Notes under the pieces: generated by a model | The model's database searches: none | Told to the model about the DNA's origin: nothing | What the model saw: only the letters and a program-made list of their open reading frames with translations | Translations under genes and position numbers: made by a program | Source: an uncultured delta proteobacterium | Lineage (GTDB): Bacteria; Myxococcota_A; Polyangia; Polyangiales; Polyangiaceae | Direction: 5' to 3' | Length of the DNA stretch: 64,000 nucleotides | NCBI GenBank assembly: GCA_963806225.1 | Contig: CAWDXG010000004.1 | Location: forward strand, 1,952,001 to 2,016,000 | In this document: positions 23,407 to 32,100 of the stretch, in pieces | How the letters are laid out: every line of letters starts with the position of its first letter | Numbering within the stretch: position 1 is the stretch's first letter

Positions 23407-25352
23407 AGCGCCTCGCGCTGCTCCTGCTGGTGCTGGCCGCATGTCGGTCGTCGCCGGAGAAGCCGCCCACGCTCACCGTGCTCGTGAAGGCGCCGCTGTC
23501 CGTCGCGCGCCAGCTGGTCCACGCCAGCTGGTCGCCGCGCGCGCCGGTGCTGGAAGCCGAGCGCATCGGCACCACGCTGGCGCTCGTCGTCGACGCGCGC
23601 CACGCTCCACCGCGACTGCATCTCACCGTCCCCGGAGCCTGTCCGCTCGACGTGCCGCTGACCGGAAAGCACGAGGTCGACGCGCATCTCGCACCCTGGC
23701 TCGACGCCGGCGACGAGCGGAACGATGCAGGCTTCGACAAGGACGTGCAGATCGAGCTCCGCCCAGGCTGCCGCGCCGCCGTCGCCGGGCGCATCACGTG
23801 GAAACAGATCGCTGGACCGCACATCGACACGCGCGAGCTGAAGAACGGCTTCGTGCTCGCCGCCCACACGCTGCCGCTCTCGAAGCTGCACCCCGCGCCG
23901 CTGCCCTGGGGCCCGGTGCCGCTCTCGCCGCGGACACGCGGCGCGTACGCCTTCGAAGCGACGTGGAGCGACGGGCGCCACAGCGAAAAGCAGATCGTGC
24001 GCTTCGCCTCGGCGCCGCGGGCGCGCGGCGTGACCAGCATCGCCACGGGCCAGCGCGTCTACCTCGGCGGCAAGGGCTGGACGCTCGACACGCGGCCCGC
24101 GGGCAGCCGCGCCGCGCTCGTCCACGACGGCGCGCTGACCAGCCTGCTCGGCGACGAGCGCGGCCGCTACGTGCTCCACGACGTCGATCACCGCGAGCTC
24201 GCCCTGCAGGTCGGTCGCTTCGACGTGACCCCGCTCGACTGCGGCCGCTCGAATTGCCACGCGAAACAAGCCGAGGCCGTGAAGTCGAGCCGCATGACGC
24301 ACGCCTTCGAGCGCGTGCTCGACGGCAAGTCCGGACGCGCCAATCCGTGCGTGCTCGGCTGCCACACCGTGGGCGAGCCGGGCGTCGCCGACGGCGGCTT
24401 CGCCGAGGTCGCGCGCCAGCTCGGCTGGGTGTTTCCCGCAAAGCCCCGCGGCTGGAGCGCATTGCCGCGCGCGCTCAGGCGCCTGGGCGGCGTGACCTGC
24501 AACGCCTGTCACGGCGCCGGCTCGATCCCCGAGCGCAACATGCGCTGGGCCATGCTGCGCCCCGACGTCTGCGCCAACTGCCACGACGCCCCGCCGCGCT
24601 ACGGCCACGTCGTCGCGTGGCGGCAGAGCCGCATGGCGCGAAGCGACGCCGAGCCGCGCACGCGCCAGGGCAAGTGTGCGCAGTGCCATACGACTGCTGG
24701 CTTTCTCGCCGCGCACGCCCTGCGCGACTCGAAATCGATGCCGCCCCCGGATCTGACGCTCGGCATCGCCTGCGCGGCGTGCCACGCGCCGCACGGCGCC
24801 CACATGAAAACGGCGCTGCTCCGCAAGCTTCCGCTGCCAGACGGTTTCGCAGGGCGCGTGCCCGCCGCCGCGCTCGAATCAAGCGTGTGCCTCGGCTGCC
24901 ACGCCACGGCAAAGGGCGATAGCGCGCCGGCGTCGAGCGCCGGCAATCTCGTGTTCGAGGTCGGGCCCGTCGCGCCCGAACCGCACCCGGTGCACGCCCT
25001 CGCCGGCGGCTGCATCGCGTGCCATGGGCGCACGCCCGAAAGCTCGAAGGAGCTCGGCACCGGCCACACCTTCCGCACGCGCCCCGCGAGTTGCACGGGC
25101 TGCCACAAGGACGGACCGCCGCCGATGGAGAACTTCGGAAAGCGCGCGGGCGAGCTGCTCGCGAAGCTCGAGCCTTCGGCCAAAGACGGCGGACCGCCGC
25201 ACGCAGCCGACGAGAGCGTCCCGTCGGACCAGCAGCGCGCCCAGGCCCTCGCCGCCGTCCGCCTCGTGCTCGAAGATCCCGCCGCCGGCGCCCACAATCC
25301 CGGATACGCGAAACGGCTGCTCGATTTCGCGGAGACGCAGCCGAAACGCTGA
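23403..25352 (+). CDS. Lipoprotein multiheme cytochrome c
   Basis: MKRLALLLLVLAAC lipobox. Seven CxxCH (CNACH, CANCH, CAQCH, CAACH, CLGCH, CIACH, CTGCH) plus CGRSNCH and CVLGCH. C-terminal GAHNPGYA. Confidence 0.88.
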   Translation: MKRLALLLLVLAACRSSPEKPPTLTVLVKAPLSVARQLVHASWSPRAPVLEAERIGTTLALVVDARHAPPRLHLTVPGACPLDVPLTGKHEVDAHLAPWLDAGDERNDAGFDKDVQIELRPGCRAAVAGRITWKQIAGPHIDTRELKNGFVLAAHTLPLSKLHPAPLPWGPVPLSPRTRGAYAFEATWSDGRHSEKQIVRFASAPRARGVTSIATGQRVYLGGKGWTLDTRPAGSRAALVHDGALTSLLGDERGRYVLHDVDHRELALQVGRFDVTPLDCGRSNCHAKQAEAVKSSRMTHAFERVLDGKSGRANPCVLGCHTVGEPGVADGGFAEVARQLGWVFPAKPRGWSALPRALRRLGGVTCNACHGAGSIPERNMRWAMLRPDVCANCHDAPPRYGHVVAWRQSRMARSDAEPRTRQGKCAQCHTTAGFLAAHALRDSKSMPPPDLTLGIACAACHAPHGAHMKTALLRKLPLPDGFAGRVPAAALESSVCLGCHATAKGDSAPASSAGNLVFEVGPVAPEPHPVHALAGGCIACHGRTPESSKELGTGHTFRTRPASCTGCHKDGPPPMENFGKRAGELLAKLEPSAKDGGPPHAADESVPSDQQRAQALAAVRLVLEDPAAGAHNPGYAKRLLDFAETQPKR

Positions 25353-25361
25353 GCCCCCGCG

Positions 25362-25730
25362 CTAGCTGCACGTCCAGAAGTACCCGGCAGCGCCGCTATA
25401 GAGGCAGTTGCAGGCGGCGCTTCCGTAGTTGCAGGTCAGGAGCTTCAGGTAGGGCGAACAGCTCGACTGCGACGCCGGCTGGCTCGCAGGACAGCGCTCC
25501 TGGGTGCACGTGTACTTGCCGTGGTCGCACGAACACCCCATGGCCGCAGTCGCGGACTGCCGATACGTACAGTATGCGTCCTGGGCCAGACAGCAGTCGC
25601 CGCCCGGCTTCGGCGAGGATGGACAGCGCGAGCACGACGACGAGCTGCACCCCGTCGGGGTCAAGAGCCCCACCGCGATCAACAACGCGAACGCCACCAG
25701 AAACCCGCTCTTGCCCTTCCCACGTGACAT
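25362..25730 (-). CDS. Small Cys-rich lipoprotein
   Basis: GAGGAGG RBS before ATG. MSRGKGKSGFLVAFALLIAVGLLTPTGC signal/lipobox. Two CP..C..C.Y..C.C modules. Confidence 0.72.
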   Translation of the reverse strand: MSRGKGKSGFLVAFALLIAVGLLTPTGCSSSSCSRCPSSPKPGGDCCLAQDAYCTYRQSATAAMGCSCDHGKYTCTQERCPASQPASQSSCSPYLKLLTCNYGSAACNCLYSGAAGYFWTCS

Positions 25731-25811
25731 GCCAGCCTCCTCGACGAGCCCCACGGCCGAGAGTACGCGCCCCACGCCAGCCTGTGGAGGATCTCGCCCA
25801 GGTCCGGCCCC

Positions 25812-26655
25812 CGCGACGACATTTCCGACGACATAACCGGTTATGTCCGTCACAGCGTCGCCCCGACGACCACGCGACGACAGCGCGCCGACATTTCCGA
25901 CGACATAACCGGTTATGTCCGTCACAGCGTCGCCCAGACGACCACGCGACGACAGCGCGCCGACATTTCCGACGACATAACCGGTTATGTCCGTCACAGC
26001 GTCGCCCAGACGACCACGCGACGCCAACGCGCCGACATTTCCGACGACATAACCGGTTATGTCCGCCACAGCGTCGCCCAGACGACCACGCGACGCCAAC
26101 GCGCCGACATTTCCGACGACATAACCGGTTATGTCCGCCACAGCGTCGCCCCGACGACCACGCGACGCCAACGCGACGACATTTCCGACGGCATAACCGG
26201 TTATGTCCGTCACAGCGTCGCCCCGACGACCACGCGACGACAGCGCGCCGACATTTCCGACGACATAACCGGTTATGTCCGTCACAGCGTCGCCCCGACG
26301 ACCACGCGACGCCAACGCGACGACATTTCCGACGACATAACCGGTTATGTCCGCCACAGCGTCGCCCCGACGACCACGCGACGCCAACGCGCCGACATTT
26401 CCGACGACATAACCGGTTATGTCCGTCACAGCGTCGCCCCGACGACCACGCGACGACAGCGCGACGACATTTCCGACGACATAACCGGTTATGTCCGCCA
26501 CAGCGTCGCCCCGACGACCACGCGACGACAGCGCGCCGACATTTCCGACGACATAACCGGTTATGTCCGTCACAGCGTCGCCCAGACGACCACGCGACGC
26601 CAACGCGCCGACATTTCCGACGACATAACCGGTTATGTCCGTCACAGCGTCGCCC
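25812..26655. repeat. 72-bp tandem repeat array (11 full units plus 1 partial) with an internal 18-bp palindrome
   Basis: Consensus CGCGMCGACATTTCCGACGACATAACCGGTTATGTCCGYCACAGCGTCGCCCMGACGACCACGCGACG(ACAG/CCAA). Palindrome cores recur every 72 bp from 25831 to 26623. Confidence 0.97.
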
Positions 26656-26682
26656 TACCGCGACGCGAGCGCGGCGCGCGCA

Positions 26683-26895
26683 TCAGAGCTTGTCGAGGAT
26701 CTCCGCCGGCTCCGGAAAACGATGCTCGCTCCCCTTGGAAAAGATCAGCTCGCCGTCCACGACCACGTCGAACTGCCCCACCCGACCCACCGTCAGTTGG
26801 GTGTCCACACCCTTCGCCTTCTTGATCTCCGCCGCGAGACCCGCGGCGCGTGGGCGGTAGTTTCAAGCCTGGCAGTAGAAGATCTCGACCTTCAT
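26683..26895 (-). CDS. SelW/SelT/SelH-like (Rdx family) selenoprotein, 70 aa, with in-frame UGA read as Sec
   Basis: MKVEIFYCQA-U-NYRPRAAGLAAEIKKAKGVDTQLTVGRVGQFDVVVDGELIFSKGSEHRFPEPAEILDKL. CxxU motif plus the Rdx signature G.F.V.VDG.LIFSK....RFP. Confidence 0.92.
26830..26848 (-). promoter_or_regulatory. Bacterial SECIS hairpin
   Basis: Nucleotides +15 to +33 after the UGA (26863-26865): CGCCGCG-GGUCU-CGCGGCG, a 7-bp perfect stem with a GGUCU loop. Confidence 0.8.
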
Positions 26896-26982
26896 GTCCC
26901 TAGCCTGCCACATCGCGCACGCGACGCGAACCTCGCCCCCGCGCTGGCCCCTGTGCGCGCTCGCCCCCGCGCGCGCTCGCGC

Positions 26983-28120
26983 CTACGCCTGCGCCCGCGG
27001 CGGCGCTTCCTTGCCGGCGTGCTTGTCGGCGTTCTGCATCAGATACGCCTCGATGAAGCCGTCGAGATCGCCGTCGAGCACCGCGTCCACCGCGCCCGTC
27101 TCGTGCTCCGTCCTGAGGTCCTTCACCATCTGGTACGGCTGCAGCACGTAGCTCCGGATCTGGTTCCCCCAGGCAATCTGCCCCTTCGCCGCCTCGTACT
27201 GCTGCTGCTCGGCCTCGCGCTTCTCCAGCTCGATCTCGTACAACTTCGCCTTGAGCATCTTGATCGCCATGGCGCGGTTCTGGTGCTGGCTGCGCTCGGC
27301 GCGGCACACCACCACGATGCCCGTCGGCACGTGCTTCATGCGCACCGCCGTCTCGACCTTGTTCACGTTCTGGCCGCCCTTGCCGCCCGCGCGCATCGTC
27401 GACACGTCGAGGTCCGTGTCCTTCACCTCGATGTCGATCTCGTCCTCGATGTCCGGCGTGACCTCCACCGCGGCAAAGCTCGTCTGCCGCCGCGCGTTGG
27501 AATCGAACGGGCTGATGCGCACCAGCCGGTGCACGCCCATCTCCGGCCTGAGATAGCCGTAGGCGCTCTCGCCCGTGACCGTGAACGACACGCCGTCGAT
27601 GCCCGCCTCGTCCCCTGCCTGGTAGTCGATGATCTCCGTCTTGTAGCCGCGCCGCTCGCACCAACGCAGGTACATGCGTAGCAACATCTCCGCCCAGTCC
27701 TTCGCCTCCGTGCCGCCCGACCCCGGATGGATGCTCACGATGGCATTGGCGTGATCAGCCGGCCCCGAGAGCATGCGCGCGAGCTCCGCCTTGCGCACCC
27801 GCGCCTCGATCTCCGGCACCTGCGCCTCGATGTCGGAGACGACGCTTTCGTCCTCCTCCGCCGCGCCCAGCTCCAGGAGCTCCAGCGCGTCGTCCACGTC
27901 CTTCGTGAGCGACTCGGCCAGCTCCAGCTTGGTAGCCGCTGCGGCCCGCTTCCTCGTGATGGCCTGCGCCTTGTTCTGGTCGTTCCAGAAATCCGGAGCG
28001 GCCGAGAGCGAATCGAGCTCTTCGATGTCCCGCTTCAGCTGCGGGACGTCAAAGAGACCCCCTTAGCGCATCGACGCGCCTTTTGAGGTCCTGGAGCAAG
28101 CTACGAGTTTCCGCCAGCAT
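26983..28120 (-). CDS. prfB: Peptide chain release factor 2 with programmed +1 frameshift
   Basis: [23 protein letters not shown] then CTT TGA C. The +1 frame carries [21 protein letters not shown] (SPF), [17 protein letters not shown]. Confidence 0.96.
28048..28063 (-). promoter_or_regulatory. RF2 programmed frameshift cassette
   Basis: AGGGGG TCT CTT TGA C: internal Shine-Dalgarno, slippery codon, then UGA at codon 24. Confidence 0.95.
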
Positions 28121-28195
28121 GATGCCCGGCATCTAGCCTACGCCGCTCCGGTCCGCCAGCCCTTTCCGGCACGGGGCTTGCTCGGTGCCGTCTCC

Positions 28196-28828
28196 ATGTC
28201 CCTTCGCCCGCCTTGTCGTGCCGTCTTGTGCCAATTGCTGGCCGTCCCTGTCATCGCGGTCATCCTCGCCGGCTGCGGAGGCGTCACGACGACATCCTCT
28301 CCCGGCCATTCAAGCCCCGATTCGGGAACCCCCGACGCGGCGACCGGCTGTCCCAGCATCGCCGACATCGACAGCGGCGCCGCCCTGGGCAAGGCGTGCG
28401 CTACCGAGGGAGCGTACTGCACGAACCAGGCGTGCGATCCCTGCGTCGACAACTGCCCCGCCGTCAGCTGCACGAACGGCGTGTGGAAGAAGGCGATCAA
28501 CACCGCCCTCTGCACCGCGGACGCGGCGCCCCCACCCTGCCCGGCCCTCGACGGCTCTGGCTTCGACCAGAGCTGCCAGTCGGACTCCGACTGCGTCGCC
28601 GTCGCGGCCGGGAGCTTCTGTCCGGACGGGCCACAGTGCCTGTGCGGCCGGGACGCCATCAACGTGAAAGACCAGAGCAAGTACGACGCGAAACTGCAGA
28701 CACTGCGGGAGAGCCAACACGATGCGTCCGTAGGCTGCATGTGTCCCTTCTTCGGAAATCCGCGCTGCATCGCCAACCACTGCGTCATGTGCGGTGGCGC
28801 AGGCCAAGCCTGCCCCGACGGCGGGTAG
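28196..28828 (+). CDS. Cys-rich lipoprotein
   Basis: Lipobox LAGC. Motifs FDQSCQSDSDCVAV, CLCGRDAIN, PRCIANHCV. Confidence 0.72.
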   Translation: MSLRPPCRAVLCQLLAVPVIAVILAGCGGVTTTSSPGHSSPDSGTPDAATGCPSIADIDSGAALGKACATEGAYCTNQACDPCVDNCPAVSCTNGVWKKAINTALCTADAAPPPCPALDGSGFDQSCQSDSDCVAVAAGSFCPDGPQCLCGRDAINVKDQSKYDAKLQTLRESQHDASVGCMCPFFGNPRCIANHCVMCGGAGQACPDGG

Positions 28829-29647
28829 CTAGTGCGTCGCGCGCCGTCGCTTCGAGAACCAGCCGCCCGTCAGCACGTCGAGCGTGGCTTCGGCTTCGAT
28901 GGCGTCGAGCTCGGCCAGCGTGCGCTCGTTCGGCAGGAGCGACGTGTCGGCGGCTTTCACCAGTGCGCGTTGCCAGGCGAAGAGCGCCGCGAGCACGTGC
29001 TCGACGAGCTCGAGGCGCGCCTTGTCGCGGCGCTGTCGCAGCCGCTCCACCGCCAGCTCTTCGTCGGCGAAGACGAGCCGGTCGAGCTTCCAGGTCAAGC
29101 GCGCCTCGAACCAGAGCGTGGAACCGCCAGCCTGCGTGTAGCGGTACGGATCGGTGCTGGTCGGCGTAAGGCGTAGCGACTCGTCGTTGCTCCGCGCCGC
29201 CTTCAGCCGCACGTCGGGCAGCATGGCGGAAAGCCGCGCCCGGCTCGACATGGACGACAGCCGGCGGTGCGCGGCGGGATAGCCGTGCGCGCGCAGCGCA
29301 GCGCGGACCGCGCTGCGCGCCAGAGCCGGGCCGAGCGTGATCGTCACCGGCGCGGCGGACGCGCCGCGATCGCGCGCAGCAGCGTCGCCGTCCGCCGGGC
29401 CTTCAGCCAGCGCGCGCGCGGGCACATCCGGCGCGCGCGGCGGCGCCGCGGGAGCCACGAAGCGATCGAGCGGCAGCGTGAGCGACAGCATGCCCAGCGC
29501 CTCGCGCTGCCCCGATTGGCGCGTGACCCAGGCGGCCCGCAACGAAACGCGGAAGCTGCCGCGCGACGGCGACGCGACAGCTCGTGGAGCGCCGAGCAGC
29601 AGTACGGCGAGGAGAGGAGCGAAGAGGAACCTGTGCCCGGCGACCAT
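28829..29647 (-). CDS. Hypothetical exported helical protein
   Basis: Signal-peptide-like N-terminus. Motifs LTWKLDRLVF and LDVLTGGWFS. Long ORF. Confidence 0.6.
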   Translation of the reverse strand: MVAGHRFLFAPLLAVLLLGAPRAVASPSRGSFRVSLRAAWVTRQSGQREALGMLSLTLPLDRFVAPAAPPRAPDVPARALAEGPADGDAAARDRGASAAPVTITLGPALARSAVRAALRAHGYPAAHRRLSSMSSRARLSAMLPDVRLKAARSNDESLRLTPTSTDPYRYTQAGGSTLWFEARLTWKLDRLVFADEELAVERLRQRRDKARLELVEHVLAALFAWQRALVKAADTSLLPNERTLAELDAIEAEATLDVLTGGWFSKRRRATH

Positions 29648-29733
29648 GCATCGCCGGTCGGGCGGGAAGCCGCGCCGGTTGCTTCGAAAACGCCGGATCG
29701 TAGCAAACTGTCACAATTTCCGCGGAAATCGTG

Positions 29734-30843
29734 TCATTTTGCTACGGTTCGATACTTTTCCAGCGCGCGGCGCTGCGATGGGCTGAGGCCCGGCTCGGCG
29801 CCGTTGCCAGCCGGGGGCGAAAGCTCGCTGCCCACCGCGAACGGCAGGAACCCCGCCGAAGACCGCCAGCCGAGCGCGGCCCGCACCAGCGCCGTCTCGT
29901 CGGTCGGAACGCGCCGGCTTCCACTCGGCAACTCGACGTCCAGCTCGCGCTCGACGCGCTCGGCACCGTCCCAGCTCGGACGCACCTCGAGCAGCCGGAT
30001 CACGGCGTGGCCGTCGGCCTGTAGCTTCTGCGCGCGCCGCAACGCGCGCTCGCTCACCTCCCAGTACAGGTACACGCTGCCCGGCGCCTCGGCGATTGTC
30101 ACGACCACGTCGGCGGCTCGCGCGGCGGCGCGCGGCTTCGCCTCGGCCGCGGGCTTCGCTTCGCCCACGCGCTTCGCGTGCTGGGTGGGACTCGCGGGCT
30201 TCGCCTCGGCCGCGGGCTTCGCCGCCGGCGCGGACGGGGGGTCGGCGGGCTTCGCCTCGGCCGCGGGCTTCGCCGCCGGCGCGGACGGGGGGTCGGCGGG
30301 CTTCGCCTCGGCCGCGGGCTTCGCCGACTTCGCCGGCTTGGCGCCCGCGGGCGCCGCAGAGCTCCCGGCGACCTTTGCTGGCCGCTCGGACTGCGCCGCG
30401 CCCTCGCGTTCCGCTTCAGCGGACAGCCGATCGCGCAGGCCGCGCGCAGCTTCGTGATCGGGCTCGCGCGTCAGCACCTCGTCGAGAATGGCGAGCGCGC
30501 GCTGCGTATGCCCCTGCGCCACGTAGATCTCCGCGAGCGTCACCGTCGCAACGGGCGCCTGCGCCTTGTAGTTTTCGCCCAGCAGCGGCTCGCCGCGGAT
30601 CAGCTTCGCGGCATCCGGCATGTGCAGCCCCTGCTCGACCACGCTCGCCAGCAGATCGCGCGCCACCCCGAACCAGCCGCGCGCCGCGCGCCGCTTGCGC
30701 TCGTCCGTCTCGCTGAGCCGCACGATCTCGTCCTTCAGCTCCACGCGCGTGAGCAACTCCGGGCGCCGCACGCCCGCCTTGCGCGCCCTGTCGATCAGCT
30801 GATCGCGCGGCAACCCCTCGAGCGTCCTTGGATCGATCTGCAC
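29734..30843 (-). CDS. Hypothetical protein: TPR-like segment, Pro/Ala/Lys repeat linker, DUF4912-like C-terminus
   Basis: ATVTLAEIYVAQGH, tandem KPAAEAKPADPPSAPAA repeats, SVYLYWEV. Confidence 0.65.
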   Translation of the reverse strand: MQIDPRTLEGLPRDQLIDRARKAGVRRPELLTRVELKDEIVRLSETDERKRRAARGWFGVARDLLASVVEQGLHMPDAAKLIRGEPLLGENYKAQAPVATVTLAEIYVAQGHTQRALAILDEVLTREPDHEAARGLRDRLSAEAEREGAAQSERPAKVAGSSAAPAGAKPAKSAKPAAEAKPADPPSAPAAKPAAEAKPADPPSAPAAKPAAEAKPASPTQHAKRVGEAKPAAEAKPRAAARAADVVVTIAEAPGSVYLYWEVSERALRRAQKLQADGHAVIRLLEVRPSWDGAERVERELDVELPSGSRRVPTDETALVRAALGWRSSAGFLPFAVGSELSPPAGNGAEPGLSPSQRRALEKYRTVAK

Positions 30844-31015
30844 GGCCCCACTCTACCCCCGCCAGAGCCGCGCGAAACCCCAATGCAAGGAAGCCTCCCC
30901 ATCTGTGTCCGGGGGCGCACCCAACCAGGTACCAGAGCAGGCGCGCCCCATCCGCCCCAGCAGCCCCCAGGGCGCGCGGGTCGGCGCTCCGCCACCAGCA
31001 CGGCCGTCCGCGGAC

Positions 31016-31999
31016 CTAGAACCAGGCGCCCTCTGCTTCGGGGTCCGGCGCAGTCCGCTCGAGGATGGGGCGGGCGGCGGCGATGTCGCGGGCGATCTGC
31101 GCTTTCAGCTCGTCGAGCCCGCTGAAGCGAACCTCGTCGCGCAGGCGTTCGATCAAGTGGACGCGCAGGCGCGCACCGTACAGGTCGGCGTCGAGGTCGA
31201 GCAGGTGGGCTTCGACGGACAGGCGCGTACCGTCGACGGTGGGGCGCTTGCCGATGTTGGCAACGCCGGCGCCGAGCGCCGTCGCGCCCCGCTCGTCGAA
31301 GCAATCGACAACGCAGGCGTAGACGCCGTTCGGCGGCAGGGCTTCGCCCACCGCATCGAGGTTGGCCGTGGGCACGCCGATGGTGCGGCCGCGCTGGTCG
31401 CCCTCGACGACCAGGCCGGAGACGGAGTGCGGGCGGCCGAGCACCGTCGCCGCACCGCGCAGGTCGCCCTCGGCGACGAGTTGGCGCACGCGCGTGGAGG
31501 AGTACGCGCCCGCGCCGTCGCCGATGAGCGGCTCGGCGCCGGCTTCGAAGCCGAGCTCCCGGCCGAGCTCGACCAGCGTGGCGAGTCCGCCGGCACGGTC
31601 GTGGCCGAAGCGGAAGTTGTCGCCGACGAGCACCACGCGCGCGCCGAGCTGTCCGACGAGCAGCTCTTCGACGAACTGCCGCGGCGTCTTCTTCGACAGC
31701 TCGAGCGTGAACGGCTCGACTACGACGCGCAGCGCGGGATCGATGCGCGTGATGAGCTCGACCTTGCGATCGATGGCGGTCAGCATCGGCGCCCGGCGGC
31801 CGCGGCCGAGCACCTCCGAGGGGTGGGGATGGAAGGTGAGGACGAGCGGCGAGAGGCCGCGCTCGGCGGCCCGCTCCACTCCGGCGCGGATCACCGCGCG
31901 ATGTCCGCGATGCACGCCGTCGAAATTGCCGATGGCGACGAGGGTGGTAGCGGGCTCGGCTGCAAGCGCTCGGGCGCCGTCGACGCGTCGTGAAGGCAC
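31016..31999 (-). CDS. ribF: Bifunctional riboflavin kinase / FAD synthetase (start approximate)
   Basis: IGNFDGVHRGH, TFHPHP, SSTRVR, GRTIGVPTANL, NIGKRPTV, EAHLLD. Confidence 0.95.
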   Translation of the reverse strand: MPSRRVDGARALAAEPATTLVAIGNFDGVHRGHRAVIRAGVERAAERGLSPLVLTFHPHPSEVLGRGRRAPMLTAIDRKVELITRIDPALRVVVEPFTLELSKKTPRQFVEELLVGQLGARVVLVGDNFRFGHDRAGGLATLVELGRELGFEAGAEPLIGDGAGAYSSTRVRQLVAEGDLRGAATVLGRPHSVSGLVVEGDQRGRTIGVPTANLDAVGEALPPNGVYACVVDCFDERGATALGAGVANIGKRPTVDGTRLSVEAHLLDLDADLYGARLRVHLIERLRDEVRFSGLDELKAQIARDIAAARPILERTAPDPEAEGAWF

Positions 32000-32100
32000 G
32001 GCCGGGCGCTCTTACTACGGGATGCCCTCCGACGCACGCCGCTTGCCGGACGGGCCCGCGGCGCCTACCGTCCTCGGCGTCTCCCGCCCCACCCTCCACG

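Noticed and set aside
25362..26645. 427-aa repeat protein (TDITGYVVGNV...) from the ORF track
   Set aside because: It starts at a GTG inside the array just after an in-frame TAG and uses codons atypical of the host. The signal peptide and RBS lie at 25730, so only the last 122 codons look like a real gene.
25812..26655. CRISPR array
   Set aside because: The sequence between palindromes is nearly identical in every unit (no unique spacers), and no cas genes are in the window.
26683..26895. Nonsense pseudogene
   Set aside because: The TGA falls exactly at the second position of the CxxC/U motif and is followed by a SECIS-like hairpin.
30190..30330. 51-bp direct repeat as a mobile or regulatory element
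   Set aside because: It is an in-frame Pro/Ala/Lys linker repeat inside a CDS.
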